Shown here piece by piece: positions 28,686-40,524 of a stretch of DNA of 64,000 nucleotides. The DNA lies in the NCBI RefSeq assembly GCF_006345805.1, contig NC_043011.1, positions 27,292,464-27,356,463 on the forward strand, read 5' to 3'. The notes beneath the pieces were generated by a model. The model worked only from the letters and a program-made list of their open reading frames with translations. It was not told the DNA's origin and did no database searches. The position numbers and the translations under genes are program-made. Origin of the DNA: Octopus sinensis. Taxonomy: Eukaryota. How positions within the stretch are numbered: position 1 is the stretch's first letter; each line of letters starts with the position of its first letter.

Positions 28686-29477
28686 GTATAAGTGTATTTC
28701 TATCGCCGACGTGACGTAAAGAATGCAAATGGTTCCATTTGTAATACTAGCTGGAAACTATAGCGAAATACTTAACTTAATCTTCAATTGAAAATATTTC
28801 CTTTATGATATAACTTTATAACAATTCGTTTTATTGTGGACTTTAGTTCCCATTATTTTCTGTCTGGTATCTTTTATTATGGCTATTATATTGGCTTTAT
28901 TTCTTTCAGTTCTTTACTTTCAGCAGAGTGGGTGTTGCTTAAAACTTGTTAACTTAATTAAAACCAAACGTAAAAGAATTTAAACTGTGAATATTGATTT
29001 ATTACTAACAGTTATACACATGGGTATCGTAACGCAATAATATCGATTTTAATTCATTTTTGATAACTTAAAAATGTCTGCTTTTCTTTAATACTGCACG
29101 CTTAAAAGAAAAGGTACCAGGTGACGACTCAAGTTTATGTTGTGTCTGACTTTTATCCTAATAGTCAGTAGTTCATAACCATAGGCATCAACTTTATACA
29201 CCAGTGGTGAGTAAACAGATATCTTTTGATATACCTATTCTGTGATGAACTGCTCCATAATGCTGAAGGCTGGTAGAACTCATTGTCTTTTGAAGTAGAA
29301 GTAATTGACTAAAGATGCATTCGTCTAGGTTACTCAGTTCAAATCTTCTAGGAAAATGCTGTTGGAAGTTCCTAATACCATGTCACTTCTAAATCACAAC
29401 GAAAATTTCAGTCCAAACTAAATCTTGAGTAAACTAGATAAATATTTGTTTCTGATTTTTGACGAACTGTGTACAGC

Positions 29478-29682
29478 AGAATAGTAGTAGTAGTAGTTGT
29501 TGTAGTAGTAGTTGTTGTAGTAGTAGTAGTTGTAGTAGTAGTAGTTGTGGTAGTAGTAGTAGTAGTAGTAGTAGTAATAGTAGTAGTAGTAGTAGTAGTA
29601 ATAGTAGTAGTAGTAGAAATGGGAGTAGTAGCAGTTGGGAATTATTTTCTTGAGTCTGGAGTTGAGTGTTGACAAGATCCCG

Positions 29683-29713
<31 letters not shown>

Positions 29714-29760
29714 GTCGTCGTCGTCGTCGTCTTTAGCAGCAGCAGCAGCAGTAGTTGTAA
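29478..29760. repeat. (TAG/TTG)n, (CAT)n, (CAG)n trinucleotide arrays
   Basis: Visible. Confidence 0.95.
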
Positions 29761-30049
29761 TAGTGAAAGATGTTCGTGAGGCTTGTGTTAAGAGCAACAG
29801 CAGGCTCCTCGGATCATCAGTCGTAAGGTATGTGCACATCTTTAGTTGTTCGCCCTGGGAAATGTCTGTCACGAACATATTTAACTTTCTAGACTATAAT
29901 CCATCTTACTGTAAAACAGGAACTATGTGGCTGTACAGTTCCGTTCTAACGGTGGTAATAATAACATACGATTATATAAATTCACGAATATTTCCCTTCC
30001 CCGATCAACACTCTCCTTCTTGATGCACAACTGCAAGCTGCACGATACA

Positions 30050-30282
30050 CTTGTTTCTTTATTACCCACAAGGGGCTAAACACAGAGGGGACAAACAAGG
30101 ACAGACAAACGGATTAAGTCGATTACATCGACCCCAGTGCCTGACTGGTACTTAATTTATCGACCCCGAAAGGATGAAAGGCAAAGTCGACCTCGGCGGA
30201 ATTTGAACCCAGAACGTAACGGCAGACGAAATACGGCTACGCATTTCGCCCGGCGTGCTAACGTTTCGGCCAGCTCGCCGCC
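30050..30282 (-). mobile_element. SINE family B copy (well preserved)
   Basis: Minus strand ggcggcgagctggccgaaacgttagcacgccgggcgaaatg..gggttcaaattccgccgaggtcgactttgcctttcatcctttcggggtcgataaattaagtaccag. Confidence 0.85.
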
Positions 30283-30602
30283 TATAAGCTGCACGATATA
30301 CTGTTCCGTTGAACTCTCCATCTATCCAAATGTAACCTTTACATGTTGCCTTTCCCGCTGTTGTACCCCTTATTTCATTCTGAATATCACCACCTTTACA
30401 CAATGAAACAAGTACTCCCCCACCATATCAAGGAGTGCTTCCCATGCACCACCACAGACCACATCTATTGTATAAAATACTGACTACGTGGTCAATTCCA
30501 TGTGAGCTATAGACGCCCAAGGGCAGGTAATAGTATTAAACCGAGCGTTGGATTAAGTTTGACACCAAGATAAGGAACAATCATTTCGATGAACTTTTAC
30601 AC

Positions 30603-30898
30603 CAGTAGTTCTCAACGGGGCCGATATAAAAATGTTGGGGGTCCCCGCAACAAATTAGTAAATTGGAGATGCACAATAATGTTTCAAGGGCCCCTGAAAA
30701 CGTTTTGTATTCGATGAGTGTATTGGTATGTATTGCAAGAAACAGCTAGGTTTTTGTCTCTAACATTTTCATAGTTCAACTAACACACGTTAATGTGTGG
30801 AAAACGAAATAGGAAGTTTTAAAGAAGTTTTTAAAAAACTACTATTTAAACATCGTTACCAAAAGGGTCTATAGGTAATAAATGGTTAAGAAACCCTG
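30603..30898. mobile_element. hAT-type MITE
   Basis: Imperfect TIRs CAGtagttctcaac / gttaagaaaccCTG; 8-bp TSD TTTTACAC / TTGTACAC. Confidence 0.75.
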
Positions 30899-31444
30899 TT
30901 GTACACAGTTATCTATCAACTATATTTCATCCACAAAGCTTTCTCGAGACCTAGTAGAAGGTAGCTACCTAAGGTACTGCACTGCAAGATGGAACCTAGC
31001 TTCATATAGCTGCTAAGCGAAGATTTTAATTACAGAGACCTATCTAGTCAGCTAGCTTACAACATTTTCTAATCTATCAGAAATTCAAATGGAAGAAAAT
31101 GAAAAGTACAACATCATTAGCATTTCAGCCTTTCACTGTAATATATTTAATGCAACAGACCAGTTACAAGCAAACTCCAGCCCCCAGGGCCTTCTGGATG
31201 ACACATCTACCTATGTATCTATGCATTAGTATGTCTTACTCGATATAATTAAAGAGAGGATATCTCGTTTGCTCTATCTTTAAGTCGTAGTTGAACAAAT
31301 ATCTTGTAAAGTGTCAGTATTCATTTACAAATTTATCTATTCTCACCTTCTTTCAAACTTAACATCATACACGATTTTCACCGTTCATTTCTAGTTAAAT
31401 ACCTTTGGTATATAATGTTTAGGCAACTTAATTTGTAGGAAACT

Positions 31445-32265
31445 GTTCCAAACCTAATAGTGTTTAAAATTGAATAACAATAATGGTGTCAAATCCTGCC
31501 ACAAGATCAATGATTTTATTTGGAGGGGAAGAATAGTCGATAGGCTCCATTGTTTGACTGGAACTTATTTCCCCAAGGCGAAGTTTAATTTCGGCAGAAT
31601 TTGAATTTAGAACATATACAGAGTAGGAAGAAATGCCGCTAAGCATTTTCTCTGATGCGATAACAATTCTGCCAGCTCACTATCTTAAAAATAATTTTCT
31701 ACTATAGGCTCAAGACCTGCCTTAAATTTTGGAGGAAGAATTCCAGTTGTTAACTTGTACTTATTTTATCGATACTGAAGGATGAAAGGCAAAGTTGACC
31801 GCAGAACGTAAAGCCAGAAAAGTGCTGCTAGGCTCTCTGCCCTGCGTGCTAACGATCCTGACAGCTTCCTGCCTTAATAATAATAATTATATCTGTTATA
31901 GGCACAAAGCATGAAATTTTGAAGAAGAGGGGTAGTCGATTACATCGACCCTTGTACTCAAGAGGAATTTATTTCATCGACCCTGAAAGGATGAAAGTCA
32001 AACTCAAACTCGGCAGAATTTGAACTCAGAACATTAAGACGACGAAATGCCACTAAATATTTTACGATCAATTGATTCTGCCATCTTTCAATTCTTTCTA
32101 TTGTAGGTCCGAAATCTTATGGAGTGGGGACTACAATAACCCTATTGCTTAACTGGTACTTATTTTATTTTCCCCGAATGGAATTTTAACTGAGAATATA
32201 AAAACATGGAAATGCAGCAATGCACTTTGTCCGGCGTGCTAACAGTTCTGTCAGCTCACCACCTC
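31445..32265 (-). mobile_element. Cluster of four degenerate SINE B copies
   Basis: Repeated ggatgaaag.caaag, gaatttgaactcagaac, gtgctaac..ttctg.cagctc motifs. Confidence 0.75.
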
Positions 32266-32296
<31 letters not shown>

Positions 32297-32323
32297 CTGA
32301 TGATGATGATAGTAATAATAGTG

Positions 32324-32368
<45 letters not shown>

Positions 32369-32764
32369 TAATAATAACAGCAACAACAACTTGTGAACAA
32401 ACAAATAATCCTAAAATTAGCAATTTTATATAAAACAACGAGATCGAGAAATTTGCCCCATAAACCCTAAAAGGAAACACATTAATACAAGATACAAACA
32501 TCTAAAAGCGCCCCTAACAACAAATTCAACGGTAATAAATATACATTAATTACCAACTAGCAACAAGGGCGGCCAGTCAAGAGAGACAAAGATAAGTCAG
32601 CCAACAGATGCAAAAACAAACTAATCAGGAGACGAAAATACAAGGTTTGTATATTCTTATTTTAGTTTTCAGACTGACACCGTGTTCATCTTGTAGCCTT
32701 TGATATTCTAACATTGATTTCATCAGTAAGAATACTCTTAAAGTTAACTGTACTACGAAGCTAT

Positions 32765-33030
32765 TTAAATTACCTGACCCATTTGAGTGGCTTATTGCCA
32801 ATCATTACATTTGAATATTGATTATGCTCTGTTCCAAGTTTTGGTTGGAATATATCTTCAGTCTTCTTGATGCTGACAGTCAGTTCCAATACAGGAGCTG
32901 CCGCAGCAAACCTGTCAACTATTTCCTGAATTACCTCAAATGTATGAGAAATCAAAGCACAACCACCAGAAAATAGAAAATCACATAGAATCGCTTCCTC
33001 GTTTTGTTTTTTTCTTTGATCTGAAACTTT
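32765..33030 (-). mobile_element. RTE-clade LINE reverse transcriptase fragment
   Basis: DFLFSGGCALISHT..IQEIVDRFAAAA..LELTVSIKKTEDIFQP matches the RTE LLFADDCAL..HT...LQ..VDRF..AA..FGLTISIKKTE pattern. Confidence 0.8.
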
Positions 33031-33194
33031 TGCCCATTTAGGTTTAGTATACTTCCTTCTGTGCGAAACTGAAGTTTTATACTTTGATGGTAAAGCATGT
33101 AGGAGCATTGTCGTAAATAATATGGCAAATGAGCTAAAACACGTCCCGGTTTAGTTCCAGTGGCCCTGTTTACTACTATACATCTATATCCTTT

Positions 33195-33410
33195 ATCTCT
33201 TACTTATTTCATTCATTGGACTGCGGCCATGATGTGGCCTCGCTTCGAGAGTTTAGTTGAACAAATGGACCACAGGGCTCTTTCTAGTCTGGTACTTATT
33301 CTCTCGATGTCTTTTGCTGAGTAACTGCGTTACGGGGACCGAAACGAACCAGCACCAATTGTAAAGCTCTGGTGGGAAAAATATAAAACAAACGCACCAG
33401 CATAGTACAT
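33195..33410 (-). mobile_element. SINE family A 3' half
   Basis: ttcattggactgcggccatg..gttacggggac..ccagcacc. Confidence 0.7.
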
Positions 33411-33814
33411 ATATATGCATATATCTATATGTATGCAAACACACATACGCACACACAAACTCACACATACATCATTTAATGTACATAGTATAAGGGTACG
33501 AGCTACAAATAGTTTCTTGCTGGGGAAACATGTGCATAGTAAAGATTTTATAACACGGCTTGTGTCTCTAAGCAATTTTCAGGGTCTGCAAACATGGTCT
33601 ATTCTATTTCAAGATTGCTTGGAGACACAAAGGGCATTATGAAAACCTGCTTATACACGTGTTTCCACTGCAAGAAACTATCGGTTTGCTCGTATCTTTA
33701 TACGACGTACATTAAGTGATGATATATGTCTCTCACTTGGACTATTTTGATCTTACCTTAACGGAATAGTACTATATACATACATGCATACATACATACA
33801 TACATATATACATA

Positions 33815-33859
<45 letters not shown>

Positions 33860-33865
<6 letters not shown>

Positions 33866-34025
33866 GACGCTTTTTCAGTTTCCATCTTCCAAATGCACTC
33901 ACAATGCTTTGATTTGGCTAAGGCTACAGAAGTAGACATCTGCTCAAGGTGCTTTGCAGTGGGACTGAACTCAGAACCATGTTGTTGGGAAGCAATCTTC
34001 TTACAACACAGCCTCGCCATATTTG
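33860..34025 (-). mobile_element. SINE family A 5' half
   Basis: gtgggactgaactcagaaccatgttgttgggaagcaatcttcttacaacacagcc. Confidence 0.75.
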
Positions 34026-34539
34026 CATGTTCGATATTGTGTGATAAGGGACTTAAAAGCAAGGGGCTGAGGTCAATTCCTGGAAACGAATTAGTCACCT
34101 ATAAGTATATATAGGTGTATATACATACACACACACACAGATATCTTCTAGTTTCCTATATATAGAATTAATTTAGTTATAGGAAGTTACAATTGGTGTC
34201 AATGTTCTGCTCGGCTATAAACAAACTTAATCCACTAATCTGATGAAGACAATTAACTTTGTAAATGTGTCTTATCTCATATTTTTAATGATGATTATGA
34301 GTCAAATTATTTTAATCAATATCTTCAAAGACTTGAAATTTGCGGAGTAAATTTGATAAAAAAGAAAACAAATGCAACAACAAGAACAAATATATAAAAA
34401 GCACGAAATAATATATGAAATATATTAAGTTTATTTTTTGTTCGTTTTCTTTTCGTCTTGTTTTATGTTGCATGTGTATGTATTCCTTTGGATTTGTATT
34501 TAGTTTAAAATAGTTGTGTGTATGTTTTAAAGAGAATCA

Positions 34540-34570
<31 letters not shown>

Positions 34571-34784
34571 GCAGGGAGTGAGAGAGAGAAAGAGAGAGAG
34601 TGAGAGCGTGAGAGAGCGAGAGAGAGTGTATATATATATCTGTGTGTGTTTCTCTTTGCGTGAGTATGTCTAGATGAATGGTAATATTATCAGAAAAGTC
34701 TGAATACCGTTTACAGCAATTATATTAAGTGCTTATTTTGCGTATGGTTATATTAATAATGTTGATTATTAATTTTAACTTTAA

Positions 34785-35180
34785 GGCAATGACCTGGCAG
34801 AATTGCTGGCATGCCGGACAAAAATGCTTGCCGGATTTTCTTATGTCTTTAGGTTCTGATTTGAAATTCCGCCGAAATTTCGTCTTTGCCTTTCATCCTT
34901 TCGGGGTCGATGAAACAAACAGGCCTTATTCCTATAATAGAAAGGATTATTAATCTCAGCTTTGAGATGCTTAGCTGGCAGAATTGCTCGCACGCCGGAC
35001 AAAATGCTTACCGGCTTTTCGTACGTCTTTAAATCTTGAGTTCAAATTCCGCCGAAATCGACTTAGTCTTTCTCCCTTTCGGGGTTGATAAAATTAGTAC
35101 CAGTTGAGTATTAGAGTCTATGTAATCGAATAAGCACTCCATTCCCCAAATTCAGGCTTTGTGCCTAGATTAGAAAGGAC
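34785..35180 (+). mobile_element. Two tandem SINE B copies
   Basis: ctggcagaattgct.gca.gccggacaaaa..aaattccgccgaaat..ctttc..cctttcggggt occurs twice. Confidence 0.8.
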
Positions 35181-36617
35181 TATAAACTTTAGTTTAAATT
35201 TTGTGCTCCACCTGATAGAACACATCGATGTTATCAGAGGACATCCTGCCGCAACCTTTCCGACTTTTTCCATCGTACCGTATCTCGGACAACATTATCC
35301 TGTGAATCATGTTCACTAAGGTGATAGTTAGTGATTTAATGGCGATTTGCTGCTGTTTCTAACTGGTAAATTGGCCGCATATAGGCTCCTTCGTTTTCTC
35401 ATTTGTAATTATGTTATTAGGGATATAAAAAAGTGATATTTTGTGACAATTGACAAGACCAATTTATAATATTTACGTAATTTTCTTGGCATTAAATATT
35501 TACAAATGTCACTGTTTTATTCACAACCCAACGAAGCAGTTGGAATTGTCTGGAATATAAATATCCTGAAAGAAAATGTACGTATATTTTCAGACAATGT
35601 CAAGAAGAATCTAAAGACACAGTTTGGGAAATAGAAGAGATCTTGTGGTACTACATCTCGTTGTTTCTACTACGTCTAGTTGTTTTATACACCGCTGGAC
35701 TATGACTGTCTTTAAGAAACATTTCTCTCCTCAAACAAATTCCACATTTGAGTGTAGCAAATGTTAATTCTACATTTGTGTGTACACGAACGTGTTAAAT
35801 ATAATTGTGCATACATATAGATGTAGGTATAGGCGTGGGATTAAGAAGCTTGCTTTAAAACCACGTGTTTTCGAGTTGAGTCTCACTGCGTGGTACCTTA
35901 GGCAAGTCATTTTTACTATAACCTCGAACCGACTAATGTCTTCTGAGCGAATTTGGTTTACAGCTTTTTGTCCGGTACCCTTATGATTTTGCTAATCTCG
36001 TCTGTTCGTGAAACACAGACCAAGTACACAAATATAAAACAAAGTAATTAGAAAATAGCTAATTACCACCTAAAAATCTTCTGAATACAATCGATATGAA
36101 TAAAGGGATAATTACAGCTGTAGCAATTTGAACAAATGCTTACTCATTCACGACTTATTTGGTATTAAATAACCTCATATACACGTAGACATAAACGAGT
36201 CAATGAAGCGGCTTCTGGATGGTCATTCTATCTGATAAAATTTAAGTGTCAAATACTCCTCAAATGATATATAAATGACATCATAAAGAAAGGAAGGACG
36301 TATTGGACACTATAGCTTCAGATCTCGCACGCACAGACATGGTGTTGGAAGTTGGAAAACTGTGGTTCTAAATGAATCAGAGGTGACATAGTGCAGTAAA
36401 GCATGACTACAAAAACCACCACCCCTACCGCCACCACGAAAAACACCACCACGACCACGACCAGCAACAAAATCGACGACGACGACAACGACAACGACGA
36501 CGACGACAACAACAACAACAACAACAACTGTAAATGAATGCACAACGGCTTCTTCACTTGAAAGCCATTTAGACGTTTTCCATGATGCTATATTGAAACC
36601 ATTTGCAATACTAAATA

Positions 36618-36911
36618 TCTTTATATATAAAAGAGTTGTGTGTCTGTCTCCTACGATTTAGATTCCTAACTACTTCCACATTTTGCGGTGCAGTTTAACT
36701 AAAACCGGGTATCTTATAGTCGTGATTCATATCGAGCCCTTCTGGGTATTAGCGCGCGTCTACAATGAGTCTACGATTTTAAAAATAATTTACCATCATT
36801 TTTTCCATTTTAATGCATTTTTTTGCTATTATATAAGGGAAGTAACTCTCTAAAAATGCTTATATAGTTATTTCCCTTACAAACCCGAGCAACGCCGGGC
36901 GATACTGCTAG
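36618..36911 (+). mobile_element. Non-autonomous Helitron
   Basis: A|TC start, hairpin cccgagcaacgccggg, CTAG|T end, no TSD; homologous to 8527-8908. Confidence 0.88.
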
Positions 36912-36954
36912 TATCTACTAATTTTGGTACGTTTACACGTTGTGTAGATGGATA

Positions 36955-37190
36955 TTTATTTCTTTCTGGCCCACAGGGGACTAAACGAAGAGGGGACAAA
37001 CAAGATCAGACAAAGGGCTTAAGTCGATTACATCAACTCCAGTGCGCAGCTGGTACTTATTTAATCGACTCCGAAGGGATGAAAGGCAAAGTCAACCTCG
37101 GCGGAATTTGAACTCAGAACGTAGCGGCGGGCGTAATACCGCTAAGCATTTCGCCCGGCGTGCTAACGATTCTACTAGCTCGCCGCCTCT
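36955..37190 (-). mobile_element. SINE family B copy
   Basis: Highly similar to 30050-30282. Confidence 0.85.
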
Positions 37191-37743
37191 GGTAGGTGGA
37201 TATTGTTGACGAAATATAGTCTAGTACATAATTAGTTCTTTATTTAATCGGTAACAAAAGGAGGAAAGGGAGGGTTGACACCAGAATTTGAATTCAGAAC
37301 AGTAAGAAAAGCACTCGTTCTGACACTCTAACAATTGTGCTACGCTACAATTTTACCGAAATCGTCTTTTGCAGATTTCTAAAGTCTAAAGTAATTTCTA
37401 TGCATTTTATTTTATGTTACCTTACGTTAGCGCGTACCAATATCTACATTAACCCATGTTGGCCTCGGTGTCTTTTTCTCTCCTCTTACGTCATAAATAT
37501 GTACGTGCGTGCATATGTGCATGTGTGTATTTGTGTGTGGGTGTGTGCGCGGTGTATTAGTTTGTGTGTGTGTACATGCGTGCATGTGTGGTGTATTTGA
37601 GTGTGTGTATTTGAGTGTAAGAAGGTGTTTTGTCAATAAACGTATCAGTTTTAGTGTATCTTCTGCTTTCTTTCTTGTCTGTGTATCGATCTCTTTTATG
37701 ATATCCAGATATCTCCAAACACACGTACATACATACATGCACG

Positions 37744-37798
<55 letters not shown>

Positions 37799-37854
37799 AT
37801 ATCTATATATATATAATATATATATATAAAGAGAGAGAGGGAGAGAGAGAGAGA

Positions 37855-38035
37855 GAAAGATCGGTAGCCACTACACACATTTTTTCTCTCCTTGTTTCTT
37901 TCTGTCTTCCTTTCTGTTTAGGAGCGTAGGCTCGAAACGTTAAAGACTTTTTCAATTCCCGAGCGTTATGCTGATACATCTGATTGTTTTCTACACCACA
38001 TGTGTTCGCCTTTTTTTATTTTCGTGAATTCTCCC
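37855..38035 (+). mobile_element. PLE 3'-terminal fragment (family of 58011-59370) with degenerate HHR-like motif
   Basis: gatcggtagccactacacacattt..gagcgtaggctcgaaacgttaaagac..; inside microsatellite arrays. Confidence 0.65.
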
Positions 38036-38041
38036 TATATA

Positions 38042-38112
<71 letters not shown>

Positions 38113-38116
38113 ATAT

Positions 38117-38181
<65 letters not shown>

Positions 38182-38188
38182 TTATATA

Positions 38189-38219
<31 letters not shown>

Positions 38220-38282
38220 CATACATATGTGTACATACATATACATACATATATGCATGTACATGTATATATGTATATATAT

Positions 38283-38342
<60 letters not shown>

Positions 38343-38989
38343 TAAGTTTATGCATATCTGTATAGTCCATATTTGTGAGTGTATGTGTATGCGTTTCTCT
38401 CTCTCTTTCTATTAATGTGTGCGTACACGCGTACATGCGCGTGTGGGTTTGTGTGTGTGTGTGTATGTGTGTTTGTGTGTGTGTGTGTGCGTGCGTGCGT
38501 GTGCATATATATGTTTTACAAGTGCGTATTCACACGTTATGTTTGGCACACCAACGAACCGCAGAATCCCATAAATAAGCAATATCATTCGCGTATTATA
38601 TTCCTTGTCACATTTTTTTTTCTTACGTAAATCTATCCAGCAGCCTCATCTCCATCTGTCTAAGAACCTTTGTCTTGTTTCTCTTCCTCCACTTCTGTCA
38701 TCTTACATTGCTGTTGTTTCTATATAAATCATTTTGCTAAGTTACAGAATATTTGGTTATATCGTTAATGGAAATAGGTATACGAAGTAAATATATGCAA
38801 CATGATTCTATCTTCGTTTAAAAAAACACTAATTGCTTGTCAGATATTCTTTAGATAATCTTTATGCCTTGACAAGCATCGTATGAAGATCTCATGAAAT
38901 GTGAAGCAAAAGGTTAAATTACTATATAATATGAAATATGCCTCAAAACACTTAAGTAAAGGTTTATACTGTCTTAAACGTTTTGAAAA

Positions 38990-39146
38990 CTGTGGCTGTG
39001 TGGTAAGAAGCTTGCTTCGCAACCACATGGTTCCGGGTTTATTTTCACTGCGCGGCACCTTGGGCAAGTGAATTCTACTATGGCCTTGGGCCGACCAAAG
39101 CCTTGTGAGTGAATTTGGTTGACAGAAACGGAAAAAAAACACGTCT

Positions 39147-39150
<4 letters not shown>
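38990..39150 (+). mobile_element. SINE family A 5' half
   Basis: gtggctgtgtggtaagaagcttgcttcgcaaccacatggttccgggtt..ccttgggcaagtg. Confidence 0.8.
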
Positions 39151-39180
<30 letters not shown>

Positions 39181-39204
39181 TATGTAGACGGTTGAAAAGT
39201 TGAT

Positions 39205-39400
39205 GTATATGGAAAAAAGTCACGGTTGAAAGTGCTAAAATGATTTTATAATAAACATTTGAGTACCGGCTTCAGTCATTGAGACTTTTTTGTTTTCCAT
39301 TCTTACAGTTGAAAAAGTCTCAATGACTGAAACCGGTACTGAAATGTTTTTCTAAACTTATTTTTGCATTTTCTACCTTGACTTTTTTCCATATATTCAT
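39205..39400. repeat. Imperfect fold-back element with degenerate HHR-like motif (39306-39341, + strand)
   Basis: agtaccggcttcagtcattgagacttttt / aaaaagtctcaatgactgaaaccggtact, plus outer arms tatatggaaaaaagtca / tgacttttttccatata. Confidence 0.7.
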
Positions 39401-39411
39401 ATATACATACA

Positions 39412-39462
<51 letters not shown>

Positions 39463-39606
39463 AAGAGCAATAAAGATTCAAGTTAATTTAAAAATTTACT
39501 TGAATATGGTACCTAACTTAGATGCACCAAAAAAACAATACTGATTTAACAATACAGTAATGTGGGGTGATTATAAGCGAGAAAGAAGCAACAAGAATGG
39601 ATAGGT

Positions 39607-39696
39607 TTTTAGTACGATCGTTTCATACAAGGACAGGTTTTATAAAAGTTGCAAAGATTACAGCATATAAACGAGTCCCGTACTCATCAGCTAAAA
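39607..39696 (-). ncRNA. Type-I hammerhead ribozyme (mirror copy)
   Basis: Reverse complement of 40202-40292 apart from a 1-nt indel in the helix II loop. Confidence 0.8.
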
Positions 39697-40201
39697 TACA
39701 TGTAAGTTCTCTAGACATCCTAGTGTTTGAGGCTATACTCATGAAGTAATGTAGATAATTAAACAGATTTCTAAAGTTCATTAAAGTTCCTTAAAGATGA
39801 TGTATAGTCCTATCACAGAATTTTAAAAAGTTTTGATAGCATCACAGAGAAGGTGACCTAATCCATATGAATTTCCATAGATATGATGAGGGATTATATA
39901 CTCACAGAAGACAAATTATCCATTGTTATAGCATTACATCTGTAATGCTAATTAGCATCTGTAATGCTAATAACAATGGATAAATTTGTCTTCTGTGAGT
40001 ATAATCCCTCATCATATCTATGGAAATTATATGGATTAGGTCACCTTCTCTGTGATGCTATCAAAACTTTTTTAAAATTCTGTGATAGGACTATACATCA
40101 TCTTTAAGGAACTTTAATGAACTTTAGAAATCTGTTTAATTATCTACATTACTTCATGAGTATAGCCTCAAACACTAGGATGTCTAGAGAACTTACATGT
40201 A

Positions 40202-40292
40202 TTTTAGCTGATGAGTACGGGACTCGTTTATATGCTGTAATCTTTGCAACTTTTAATAAAACCTGTCCTTGTATGAAACGATCGTACTAAAA
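40202..40292 (+). ncRNA. Type-I hammerhead ribozyme, canonical core
   Basis: Helix I UUUUAG/CUAAAA; CUGAUGA (40208-40214); helix II GUAC-GGGAC..GUCCUU-GUAU; GAAA (40275-40278); helix III AC-GAUC-GU (palindromic ACGAUCGU); cleavage triplet GUA after 40286. Confidence 0.82.
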
Positions 40293-40524
40293 ACCTATCC
40301 ATTCTTGTTGCTTCTTTCTCGCGTATATATATATATATATATATACAACTTATAAATAAGGGCAAACGAAAAAATTTCTAATTTTTCGTTTGCCCTTATA
40401 TATAAGTTGTTTATAAGTTTAACCTTTAAAGGAAATTTTTAATATGCTGGCCATTGATAAATTTCTTTTTAAAAAAAATGTTATCCTACATTAAATATAT
40501 ACATATATATACATATATATTTTT

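Larger units (their letters stand above)
39461..40322. mobile_element. Long fold-back (palindromic) PLE-type non-coding element; arms about 39577-39938 and 39960-40322
   Basis: About 360-bp near-perfect inverted arms, a 116-bp one-sided extension, (TA)n on both flanks, an HHR in each arm. Confidence 0.9.

Noticed and set aside
29418-29878. Poly-Y/L/V/S/D ORFs (also 22110-22339, 32186-32501, 36310-36557, 63506-63799)
   Set aside because: Trinucleotide repeats open in multiple frames with no domain context.
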